Shown: in pieces, positions 7,446-15,679 of the stretch | How the letters are laid out: each line of letters begins with the position of its first letter | Numbering within the stretch: the first letter of the stretch is position 1 | From: Candidatus Oleincola secundus | GTDB lineage: Bacteria > Atribacterota > Phoenicimicrobiia > Phoenicimicrobiales > Stramentimicrobiaceae | DNA length: 16,859 bases | Reading direction: 5' to 3' | Assembly: GCA_018400815.1 (NCBI GenBank) | Contig: JAGYLS010000038.1 | Location: forward strand, 1-16,859 | Program-made: the position numbers and the translations under genes | Notes under the pieces: model-generated | Database searches by the model: none | What the model was told of the DNA's origin: nothing | Seen by the model: only the letters and a program-made list of their open reading frames with translations

Positions 7446-9654
7446 TGTCTGCGCCGCTCTCCCATACTTTTTTGAGTTGCTCTACTTCTACATCAACCAG
7501 ACTGCCAATCTTTAAGCTGTTTCCCTCAACTTTACCTAATATCTGCATAGGAACTTCATATTTATCAGTAATGGCTTTTAAGGTATCTAGATTCTTTTCG
7601 GGAAGGGAAACCACGATTCGTGACTGAGTTTCACCAAAAAGAAGAGCATCATTTCTAATCTCAGCATTTATCTCTAATTTTATTCCCTTTTTGCCTGTTA
7701 TACAACATTCCGCCAGGGTAACGGCTAATCCCCCGTCAGAACAATCATGAGCTGAAGATATTATCCCGGCCTGAATGCTTTCCCTGCATGCATCCTGAAC
7801 TGATTTCTCCAAACTTAAATCCATTTGGGGAGGTAACCCTTTTTCTATATTATGAATAACCTTTAAATATTCACTGCCACCTATATCTTCTTTGTTTTCT
7901 CCTAGAAGCACAATTAAATCACTCTCATTCTTGAATGACATCGTGCAAAGCTGATCAAAATCTTCGATTATTCCCGCCATACCTATAATGGGAGTTGGGT
8001 ATATAGCTTCTCCATTACTTTCATTGTTCAAGCTAACATTCCCGCTGATAACCGGAACACCAAATGCTTCACATGCCTCACTAATACCTTTAACCGATTC
8101 TTCCAGCTGCCAGAATATTTCTTCTTTTTCCGGATTTCCAAAATTTAGATTATCGGTAATTGCCATGGGAACAGCGCCCTTACAGGAAAGATTACGAGCA
8201 GCTTCAGCAACTGCAATTTTTCCACCTGCAAATGGATTAAGATAACAGTATCTACTATTGCCATCAACAGTAAAGGCAATGGCCCTATCACTTCCCTCTA
8301 TTTTTAATATACCTGCATCATCTCCCGGAAACAGCACAACCTCAGTACCTTTTGCGCTTATTTTCTTACTATCTTTATAAACCCAACTCTTGCTGCAAAT
8401 ATTAGGAGAAGCCAATATCTTTAACAATGCCTGATTAAAATCAGCAGGCTGAGATACATCTTCTAAACTTAACTTTTGGATTTCTTTGAGTTTAGCAGGA
8501 ACCCTGCTGTTATAATAGCGAATAGGGACATCTTCAGCTAAAGATTTTGCCGGTACTTCTGCTACTATTTTCTCTTTTTCTTTTAAACGTAAAAAGCTGT
8601 CTGAAGTTACTTTTCCTATAACTGTATGTTCTATCCCCCACTTATCAAATATTTCCTCTATATCTTTTTGCTTATCCTTTTTAGCAACTAATAACATTCT
8701 TTCCTGGGTTTCCGAGAGCATAATCTCTCTTGGGGTCATATCTTTTTCTTTTCGAGGAACCAGGGAAAGATTTAATTCAATTCCACAATTCCCCTTGCTG
8801 GCCATTTCACAGCTAGAGCTTATCAATCCAGCTGCACCTAAATCCTGCATCCCCGAAATAAGCCCCTTGTTTACAAGCTCCAAACATGCCTCAATTATTT
8901 TCTTCTCTAAAAACGGATTACCCTGAGGTATGGGAGGATGTTCAATTTCCTTCTCTTTTCCTTCTAATTCTCGTGAGGCAAAACTGGCACTGCCTACTCC
9001 GTCTCTGCCGGTTTTTTCTCCCGCTAAAATAACTATACTATCTGTTCCCTCAGCTACGGCAACTACGATATCTTCCTTTTTTACTAAACCAACACACATA
9101 GCATTTACGAGAGGATTACCCTGATAACTATCTAAGAAATATGTTTCTCCGCCTACAGTAGGTACTTCAATATTATTCCCGTAGAAGGCTAAACCTTTTG
9201 CTACTTCATTAACTAAATACTTAACATGAGAATCCCCAAATCTTCCAAAACGCAAAGAACCTAATAGAGCAACAGGACGGGCTCCCATTGCCAATATATC
9301 CCTTACCACCCCACCAGAACCCGTAGCGGCTCCGTGAAAAGGTTCAACTGCCGAAGGATGATTATGACTTTCAATCTTCATCACCATCGCCAGGCCTTCT
9401 CCTATATCAATGACTCCTGCATTTTCCCCAGGTCCAAAAAGAACCCATTCAGCCTGGGTAGGAAAAATACTTAGCACGGGTTTTGAGCTTTTATAACTGC
9501 AGTGTTCTGACCACATTGCCGAATAAAGTCCTAACTCAGTATCATTCGGTTCTCTTTTCAGGGTTTCTAGTATTTTTTTATATTCACTTTCAGTAAGATC
9601 GTTTTCTTCTAAAATGCTATTTAAATCTTTTTCTTCCTGATTATTGCTGTTCAT
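7438..9654 (-). CDS. purL: FGAM synthase subunit PurL (small type), second and divergent paralog
   Basis: WSEHCSYK, KIESHNHPS, RDILAMGARP, QDLGAAG, SETQER, TDNLNFG, SGNVS, HDCSDGG. The track starts at TTG 9681; ATG 9654 has an AAAAGGAG RBS 6 nt upstream and is preferred. Confidence 0.93.
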   Translation of the reverse strand: MNSNNQEEKDLNSILEENDLTESEYKKILETLKREPNDTELGLYSAMWSEHCSYKSSKPVLSIFPTQAEWVLFGPGENAGVIDIGEGLAMVMKIESHNHPSAVEPFHGAATGSGGVVRDILAMGARPVALLGSLRFGRFGDSHVKYLVNEVAKGLAFYGNNIEVPTVGGETYFLDSYQGNPLVNAMCVGLVKKEDIVVAVAEGTDSIVILAGEKTGRDGVGSASFASRELEGKEKEIEHPPIPQGNPFLEKKIIEACLELVNKGLISGMQDLGAAGLISSSCEMASKGNCGIELNLSLVPRKEKDMTPREIMLSETQERMLLVAKKDKQKDIEEIFDKWGIEHTVIGKVTSDSFLRLKEKEKIVAEVPAKSLAEDVPIRYYNSRVPAKLKEIQKLSLEDVSQPADFNQALLKILASPNICSKSWVYKDSKKISAKGTEVVLFPGDDAGILKIEGSDRAIAFTVDGNSRYCYLNPFAGGKIAVAEAARNLSCKGAVPMAITDNLNFGNPEKEEIFWQLEESVKGISEACEAFGVPVISGNVSLNNESNGEAIYPTPIIGMAGIIEDFDQLCTMSFKNESDLIVLLGENKEDIGGSEYLKVIHNIEKGLPPQMDLSLEKSVQDACRESIQAGIISSAHDCSDGGLAVTLAECCITGKKGIKLEINAEIRNDALLFGETQSRIVVSLPEKNLDTLKAITDKYEVPMQILGKVEGNSLKIGSLVDVEVEQLKKVWESGADNE

Positions 9655-9726
9655 CTTTAGCTCCTTTTGATTCAAAGTCAATATACTTTTAAATTTCTAG
9701 TATACTGAAATAGTATATTACAAAAT

Positions 9727-11955
9727 TTAATTCTTAAAGTAGTCTACCATCCAATTATCCTTCTTTAAGTCTAAGTTTATTCTATGCCAGGCTTTTTTCA
9801 ATTGGGTAACTGGAATATTAATCCAATCATTTATCTTTAGGCAATTGCCTTTTACATAGCCTAATGATTGAAAGGGTATTTTTTCATTTTTGGCAAATTC
9901 AGCCACTTTTTTAGCTTTTTCAGCATTTGCACTGACAATAATTCGTGATTGGCTTTCCCCAAATAGACAGCAATCAGAACGAATATCTGTTTTTAATTCA
10001 ACCTCAGCTCCTAAACCGCTACTGATACAGGATTCTGATAATGCAATTGCAAGCCCGCCCAAAGAGCAATCATGGGCAGAAGCAAGCAAATCTTTTTCAA
10101 TCATCTTCCGACAAAAAGACTGGATATTTTTTTCCAGGGAAAGATCAAGAATAGGAGGTAATCCGCATTTTCTATGATGTATAAACTCCAGATATTCACT
10201 GCCTCCCAATTCGTTATGGCTTTCTCCCAATAAAAAAATAAGGTCATTTTCAGCTTTAAAATCCAAAGTACAAATATGTTTACAATCATTTATCACCCCA
10301 ACCATGCCTACTACCGGAGTTGGGTCAATAGGTTTCCCGTCATTTTCATTATACAAGCTTACATTACCGCTGATAACAGGTGTATCAAAAAATTCACAGG
10401 ATTCTGACAGCCCCTTGATAGCCTGTACCATTTGCCAATAGCTATCACTGTTTTCAGGTGCTCCAAAATTCAGACAGTCAGTTACTGCTCTTGGCAAAGC
10501 TCCTTTACAGGATAAATTTCTGGCTGCCTCAGCAACTGCAATCTGGGCACCTTGAAAAGGATTAAGAAGACAATACCTTCCATTCCCCTCAGTTGTTAAA
10601 GCAATAGCTTTTTTTGTTCCCTTCATTCTTAATACAGCTGCATCATCCCCCGGAGGTATAACGGTATTAACTTGAACCATATGATCGTATTGCTGATAAA
10701 TATCTTCCTTACATGATAAATTAGGTGATGATAGTAATTGAAGAAGTACGGTATTATAGTCATTAAATTCTTTTATTTCATCTAAATTTAACTGATTTAT
10801 CCTTTTTTGTAATTCTGGCTCTTTTATTTCTCTCTTAATTACCGGGGCTCCATCTGCAAGGGATTCTATGGGAATATCTGCAACAATCTCCCCATTATTT
10901 TTAATAACAAACCTTGAATTATCTGTAACATATCCGATAATAGAAGAATCTAAATCCCATTTCTTTAAAGTTGATAAAACTCTTTCTTCTTTCCCTTTTT
11001 CAACCACCACAATCATTCTTTCCTGTGATTCAGATAACATAATTTCAAAGGGATTCATTCCGACTTCTCTTTGTGGAACTTTTGACAATTCTATTTCCAG
11101 CCCGCTATTTCCTCTGGCTGACATCTCACTTAAAGAGCTTGTTAAACCAGCTGCACCACAATCCTGTAAACCAATCACTTCTTCAAACTGTACCAGTTCC
11201 AGACAGGCTTCGATTAATAATTTTTCAGCAAAAGGGTCTCCAATTTGAACAGCAGGACGATCTTCTTCTGATTTTTCGTTTAATTCAACAGAGGCAAAGG
11301 CTGCTCCTCCTATTCCGTCACGACCGGTCTTGGCACCAATCAAGATTACCGAATTGCCTGTTCCTTTTGCTATAGCACGGACAATATGTTCTTTTTTAAC
11401 TAACCCTACACACATGACATTGACCAGAATATTTCCCTGATAGCTTTTGGAAAAAATGGTCTCTCCACCGACGGTCGGAACACCAACACAATTACCGTAA
11501 AAAGATATCCCTCCAACTACACCGTTAAATAAATATTTAGTTTTATTTTCATTAAAATCGCCGAAAAATAATGAATCTAAAATAGCTATTGGTCGGGCAC
11601 CCATGGTAAAAATATCCCTTAAAATGCCTCCGACACCTGTAGCTGCTCCCTGAAATGGCTCTACGGCCGAAGGGTGATTATGACTTTCCATTTTCATAAC
11701 AACAAGTTCTTTTTCACCTATATCAATTACACCGGCATTTTCCCCGGGTCCCTGAGCTACCCAATCAGCTTTTGTGGGCAACATTTTTAATAAAGAGCGG
11801 GTATTTTTGTAACTGCAATGCTCACTCCACATCACTGAGTATATTCCCAGTTCTAATTCATTGGGTTCACGTTTCAGCATATGACAGATACATTTATATT
11901 CATTGGAAGTCAAATTCCATTTTTGCCAAAATCTCTTTTGTTCAAATTTTTCCAT
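9727..11955 (-). CDS. purL: FGAM synthase subunit PurL (small type), canonical paralog
   Basis: WSEHCSYK, KMESHNHPS, GAATGVGGILRD, TGRDGIGGA, AVQIGDP, QDCGAAG, SESQER, QQYDHMV, SGNVS. The track starts at GTG 11964; ATG 11955 with AGGTG RBS is preferred. Confidence 0.96.
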   Translation of the reverse strand: MEKFEQKRFWQKWNLTSNEYKCICHMLKREPNELELGIYSVMWSEHCSYKNTRSLLKMLPTKADWVAQGPGENAGVIDIGEKELVVMKMESHNHPSAVEPFQGAATGVGGILRDIFTMGARPIAILDSLFFGDFNENKTKYLFNGVVGGISFYGNCVGVPTVGGETIFSKSYQGNILVNVMCVGLVKKEHIVRAIAKGTGNSVILIGAKTGRDGIGGAAFASVELNEKSEEDRPAVQIGDPFAEKLLIEACLELVQFEEVIGLQDCGAAGLTSSLSEMSARGNSGLEIELSKVPQREVGMNPFEIMLSESQERMIVVVEKGKEERVLSTLKKWDLDSSIIGYVTDNSRFVIKNNGEIVADIPIESLADGAPVIKREIKEPELQKRINQLNLDEIKEFNDYNTVLLQLLSSPNLSCKEDIYQQYDHMVQVNTVIPPGDDAAVLRMKGTKKAIALTTEGNGRYCLLNPFQGAQIAVAEAARNLSCKGALPRAVTDCLNFGAPENSDSYWQMVQAIKGLSESCEFFDTPVISGNVSLYNENDGKPIDPTPVVGMVGVINDCKHICTLDFKAENDLIFLLGESHNELGGSEYLEFIHHRKCGLPPILDLSLEKNIQSFCRKMIEKDLLASAHDCSLGGLAIALSESCISSGLGAEVELKTDIRSDCCLFGESQSRIIVSANAEKAKKVAEFAKNEKIPFQSLGYVKGNCLKINDWINIPVTQLKKAWHRINLDLKKDNWMVDYFKN

Positions 11956-11974
11956 ATATAGCACCTATTTATAA

Positions 11975-12685
11975 TCATTCCACTAAAATGTTTTTCTTCT
12001 CTAAATACATCAGAATAGATTCGAATATTAACCGTCCATCATCAGAACCAAGACAATCCTCAATACATCGCTCTGGATGAGGCATTAGACCAAACACATT
12101 TCTTTCTTTGTTAGAGATGCCGGCAATATTTGATATAGAACCATTGGGATTTGCCTGTTTAGAGATATTTCCATTGACATCACAGTATTTTAATATTATC
12201 TGGTTGTTTTTTTCCAGTCCGTTTATTGTTTCTTTATCAGCGTAATAACAGCCTTCCCCGTGGGCAATTGGGATTTGTAGTACCTGCTTCTTTTTACACA
12301 TCCCTGTAAAGGGTGTATCTATATTCTCGACTCTAACTGTTTGTTGTTTGCAGATAAAATGCAGGCACTCATTTCTGGTTAAAGTCCCGGGTAAAAGCCC
12401 TGCTTCAGTTAAAACCTGAAATCCATTGCAAATACCTATTACCAGTCCACCTTTTTCAGCAAAATCAATGACTGCTGTCATAACAGGGGAATAGCGGGCA
12501 ATAGCACCAACCCTCAAATAATCACCATAAGTAAATCCACCGGGCAGAAAAATACAATCAAAACCATCCAGGTTTTCCTGTTTATGCCAAATCCACTCAA
12601 CAGGCACTTGCATAATATCATTTAGAGCATAATAACAGTCTAAATCACAATTTGAGCCGGGAAACTGTACAACTCCAAATTTCAT
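11975..12685 (-). CDS. purQ: FGAM synthase glutaminase subunit
   Basis: [25 protein letters not shown] (catalytic Cys), IAHGEG, NPNGS, LMPHPER (His/Glu). The start codon directly abuts the purS stop. Confidence 0.97.
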   Translation of the reverse strand: MKFGVVQFPGSNCDLDCYYALNDIMQVPVEWIWHKQENLDGFDCIFLPGGFTYGDYLRVGAIARYSPVMTAVIDFAEKGGLVIGICNGFQVLTEAGLLPGTLTRNECLHFICKQQTVRVENIDTPFTGMCKKKQVLQIPIAHGEGCYYADKETINGLEKNNQIILKYCDVNGNISKQANPNGSISNIAGISNKERNVFGLMPHPERCIEDCLGSDDGRLIFESILMYLEKKNILVE

Positions 12686-12934
12686 TTATTGTTCCTCAAT
12701 ATCATATTTAAAATCTTCAATGACCGGATTGGAAAGGAGTTTTTTGCACATATCCCGGACCTGTTTTTCAATTTCCTCCTTTGAATTGCCTTCTACCTGC
12801 AACTCAATCAGTTTGCCTACCCCAACTTCTTTTACATTTGAAAATCCCAAGGAAAGCAACGCCTGATGTGTTGCCTTTCCCTGAGCATCCAGAACACCTT
12901 TCTTCAATCCTACATTTACTTTTACAAACCACAT
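12686..12934 (-). CDS. purS: FGAM synthase subunit PurS
   Basis: 82 aa; LKKGVLDAQG, VGK.IEL, MCKKLLSNPVIEDF; lies between purC and purQ; AGGAG RBS. Confidence 0.96.
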   Translation of the reverse strand: MWFVKVNVGLKKGVLDAQGKATHQALLSLGFSNVKEVGVGKLIELQVEGNSKEEIEKQVRDMCKKLLSNPVIEDFKYDIEEQ

Positions 12935-13011
12935 ATTAACTGCTCCTTATATATCACAATATATAAAAATATATATCAATGGATAACTTTATTTTTAATC
13001 TTTTCTATTTC

Positions 13012-14043
13012 TTACACTTTAATAAACTGTTGAATTTCTTCTAAAATATCTCGAAGGGTAGGAATTCCTTTAAACCATTCTCTACCGGTAATTTCATTAG
13101 TAAAAGCACAATAAACCCAGGATATTAATAATTTCAATCTGGGGGGTAATGGTTCAGGGTTTAATTTAACAAGTTTTTTCCAATTGGTAATGTCTTTTTT
13201 CTTTGCATTAACAATTTCCCGATACCAATCACTATTTCTGTAATAAAGACGGGCAATCTCTTTGCTGATTGGTATCCCCCGGTAGGTAAAACGACATTCA
13301 TCCAGAGTGCCTAATACATCCACTAAAACAACATGCTGATTTTGATCCAGGGCAAATTCAAATTTTCCGTCTTCGTTTTTTAAACCTACTTCTTGTGCCT
13401 CTTTACTAATCATCTGATTGATTCTCAGTGTAATTGCATTTATTTCTCCGATTTTTTGATCAGATAATTGAGATATCTGCTGGGCTTCTTGCCAACTGAG
13501 ATAGCGATCACTTGCCTCTAGTTTGGTCGATACATCTAAATAAGGACGGCTTAATTCAATTCCTTCTTCAGGCATTTTTTTTAAGCCCAAATCTTCCAGC
13601 CTTAGTTCTCCTTCCCGCAAGCGTTTGAAAACACTGGACCCTAAGGGAAGTGCATTACGATAAATAATCTCTAGAGGTATTAAATAATTTCCCTTTTCCT
13701 GATGATATATTTTGTAATCATAGACATTTTTATCGGTTAATTCTGGATGCAGAACTCTATAAAGCCTTGTTTCAAGGATATTAACCGGTTGACTCAGGCG
13801 AGAAAGGGGTTTAAGCTGTCCATTTTCAACTAATCCCAGGTAATGTGTCGATATTCCATCTTTTTCCAGCTTCTCAAAAAAATGGGCGGCAGCAATACAT
13901 AAAGCAGATCCTTTTTGTTTAATTAGATCAGGCATCTCACCCCAATCAAAGACAGAATAACGGTCAGAAAAAACAAATCTTCCCCGGCCAGGATATTCTC
14001 TGGTGGGAGAATCCAAAACAGTTAAGTCCTTCACACTGCCCAT
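13012..14043 (-). CDS. purC: SAICAR synthetase, long form
   Basis: GSVKD, FSDRYSVFD, KG..L, IPLEIIYRN..GSS, STKLE..D, DGKFEF, VDVLGTLDECRF, SKE..R; operon context; AAGGAG RBS. Confidence 0.93.
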   Translation of the reverse strand: MGSVKDLTVLDSPTREYPGRGRFVFSDRYSVFDWGEMPDLIKQKGSALCIAAAHFFEKLEKDGISTHYLGLVENGQLKPLSRLSQPVNILETRLYRVLHPELTDKNVYDYKIYHQEKGNYLIPLEIIYRNALPLGSSVFKRLREGELRLEDLGLKKMPEEGIELSRPYLDVSTKLEASDRYLSWQEAQQISQLSDQKIGEINAITLRINQMISKEAQEVGLKNEDGKFEFALDQNQHVVLVDVLGTLDECRFTYRGIPISKEIARLYYRNSDWYREIVNAKKKDITNWKKLVKLNPEPLPPRLKLLISWVYCAFTNEITGREWFKGIPTLRDILEEIQQFIKV

Positions 14044-14073
14044 TTAAATACTCCTTATAATTTATTATAAACT

Positions 14074-14556
14074 TTACTCAATTCCCCTATTGAGTTCCAA
14101 GTCTTTGATTTTTTGTCCCATTTTATCTATATAGTATAGTAATTTATCCCTTAACTGATGATTTTGCAATGCCAAAATTCTCGCTGCCAACAAAGCTGCA
14201 TTAGCTGCATTGTTGATACCTACTGTGGCAACCGGTACACCTTTGGGCATCTGTACAATGGAAAATAAGGAATCCAAACCCTCTAATGTTTGTGTTTTAA
14301 TGGGTACACCAATAACCGGCAAAATCGTTTTGCCGGCAATTATCCCCGGTAAATGAGCCGCTCCTCCTGCCCCGGAAATAATAACTTTGAATCCCCGTTT
14401 GGGGAATTGATTAATATATTGAAAAAGAAAATCCGGTGTACGATGTGCAGAAATTGCCCTTAATTCATAACTAATTCCCAGTTCCTGAAGAACTTCACTT
14501 GCCTTTTCCATAATAGCTTGATCAGACGTACTTCCCATGATAATACTTATATCCAT
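14074..14556 (-). CDS. purE: N5-CAIR mutase (class I PurE)
   Basis: IIMGSTSD, SAHRTP, GAGGAAHLPG (class I signature), PVIGVP, GLDSLFSIVQMPKGVPVATV. Confidence 0.97.
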   Translation of the reverse strand: MDISIIMGSTSDQAIMEKASEVLQELGISYELRAISAHRTPDFLFQYINQFPKRGFKVIISGAGGAAHLPGIIAGKTILPVIGVPIKTQTLEGLDSLFSIVQMPKGVPVATVGINNAANAALLAARILALQNHQLRDKLLYYIDKMGQKIKDLELNRGIE

Positions 14557-14600
14557 CTTAAACCCTCTCTAACATATTACTTATTTTATAATTCCTATAT

Positions 14601-14661
14601 AAAAATAAAAAACCCAGCCCAAGAGGTATTCCAAAATAAGAGTGGAACCTCTCCGCCTGGG
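14601..14661 (-). terminator. Riboswitch expression-platform intrinsic terminator
   Basis: Minus strand CCCAG-GCG-GAGAGGT-TCCA-[CTCTTATTT]-TGGA-AT-ACCTCTT-GGG-CTGGG-TTTTTTATTTTT; the 5' arm overlaps the 3' end of the PRPP aptamer. Confidence 0.88.
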
Positions 14662-14769
14662 ATTTTAGCCCTACGGTGTAGTATAATTAATACACTTTGC
14701 ACCACTTGGTTCGAACCCTGTAAAATGTTTTTTACTTAACAGGTGAATCCCTAAGGTGCACTTCCACTC
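14640..14769 (-). ncRNA. PRPP riboswitch aptamer (ykkC-yxkD motif, subtype 2b)
   Basis: Minus strand GAGTGGAAG-TGCACC-TTAGGG...GAACCAAGT-GGTGCA-A-AGTGTA.....TATACT-ACACCGTAGGGCTAAAATCCCAGGCGGAGAGG-TTCCACTC. P0 GAGTGGAA/TTCCACTC, P1 TGCACC/GGTGCA, conserved ACAC junction. The G96-equivalent (14657) is G, the PRPP rather than ppGpp determinant. Upstream of pur genes. Confidence 0.88.
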
Positions 14770-14836
14770 GTAGCCATTTGTGATTTACGGTCACTTGGTA
14801 AAAACGTTTTCGCCATATCCGAAAACTTATACGAGT
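14766..14836 (-). ncRNA. Purine (guanine-type) riboswitch aptamer, variant core
   Basis: Minus strand ACTCGTA-TAA-GTTTTCG-GATATGG-CGAAAAC-GTTTTTAC-CAAGTGA-CCGTAAA-TCACAAATG-GC-TACGAGT. P1 and P2 are perfect, kissing loops canonical, discriminator C74 (14773) indicates guanine. Confidence 0.92.
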
Positions 14837-14866
14837 TTTTTTATAAATTGTAAAATATCTGCTGAA

Positions 14867-14895
14867 AATATAGCATTATTATCTTTGATTGTCAA
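14867..14895 (-). promoter_or_regulatory. Sigma70/sigmaA promoter of the pur operon
   Basis: TTGACA (14895-14890), 17 nt spacer, TATATT (14872-14867) with extended -10 TG; about 30 nt upstream of the riboswitch P1. Confidence 0.85.
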
Positions 14896-14910
14896 ATAAT
14901 AAAAAAAGCT

Positions 14911-14942
14911 AAAACCTTGTTTGAATAACAAAATCAAAGAGT
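14911..14942. repeat. Dispersed repeat, copy B (shared with 5372-5407), just upstream of the pur -35
   Basis: AAAACCTTGTTTGAA-T-AACAAAATCAAAGAGT: 16-bp exact block plus a 13/15 block relative to copy A, with a 4-nt indel between. Confidence 0.65.
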
Positions 14943-15095
14943 TTATTTTTATTCAGATAGATAAGAATTTTTATTGCTAAAATAATATCGAAATAAAATT
15001 AATAATCCGATACTAAAGCTTAAAATAAGCATATAAATCATTGAAAATAAATTATATTCAAGTGATTTCAGGGCAATTCCTATTGAGTATTAATA

Positions 15096-15623
15096 TTAAA
15101 AAATAATTATACCTAATACACCACAGCTTAATATTACTATAATTGGGTGTAATTTTCTTTCAAAAACAACCAGAAGGACAAATGCAACCATCGCAATTCC
15201 TAAATCTATCCACCCTTTAATAACTCCTGAACCATAAGTCCATACAGCAAAAAAAATAAGACTCAATACTCCTAATTGAATGCCATGTCGAAACCTTCGT
15301 AAATATTTATTACCTTTGAATCGATTTATTAATGCTGTTACTAACAAAAGAATTAATATTGAAGGTAAAATTACCGCACTTGTTGCAACTACAGCACCCA
15401 ATATACCACTTAAGCGAAAACCTGTAAAAGTTGCTGTATTAACAGCAATAGGCCCTGGTGTCATTTGTGCAATTGCAAAAATTTCTGCTATCTCATCAAA
15501 CGCGAGCCAATGATTTTTGGTAACAATCTCATGCTGGATTAATGGAATGGTAACCAGTCCGCCTCCGTAAGCACCAATACCAATAATCATAAAACTTATA
15601 AATAAATTCAGTAGGGATTTCAT
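15096..15623 (-). CDS. chrA: Short-chain chromate ion transporter (CHR family), second subunit
   Basis: 175 aa, hydrophobic; F..IG..AYGGG, IQHEIV...HWL, AIAQMTPGPIAVNTATFTG, GAVVAT..VILPS. Confidence 0.92.
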   Translation of the reverse strand: MKSLLNLFISFMIIGIGAYGGGLVTIPLIQHEIVTKNHWLAFDEIAEIFAIAQMTPGPIAVNTATFTGFRLSGILGAVVATSAVILPSILILLLVTALINRFKGNKYLRRFRHGIQLGVLSLIFFAVWTYGSGVIKGWIDLGIAMVAFVLLVVFERKLHPIIVILSCGVLGIIIF

Positions 15624-15679
15624 TATTCTATAATCTCCAAATACTTAATGTGTTCTCCTCAAATATATTTTAACAGGAT

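Noticed and set aside
9682..9726. TATACT/AGTATA mini-palindrome between the purL copies as an internal promoter or terminator
   Set aside because: Weak AT-rich stem, no convincing -35/-10 pair or U-tract.
7438..11964. Split or frameshifted large PurL, or an assembly duplication
   Set aside because: Each ORF is a complete small-type PurL with both halves, and they differ extensively in sequence.
2867..12080. Short + strand ORFs (2867, 3064, 4590, 4992, 7445, 7988, 8930, 9890, 10868, 11073, 11772) and out-of-frame minus ORFs (4369, 10101)
   Set aside because: All lie within or across well-supported conserved genes; shadow ORFs with no motifs.
14518..14739. 73-aa + strand ORF
   Set aside because: Antisense to the riboswitch, terminator and purE start; the sequence is explained by RNA structure.
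14640..14769. Guanidine-I or ppGpp assignment for the ykkC-type aptamer
   Set aside because: P0 helix, G at the 96-equivalent position, tandem guanine aptamer and downstream pur genes all favour PRPP.
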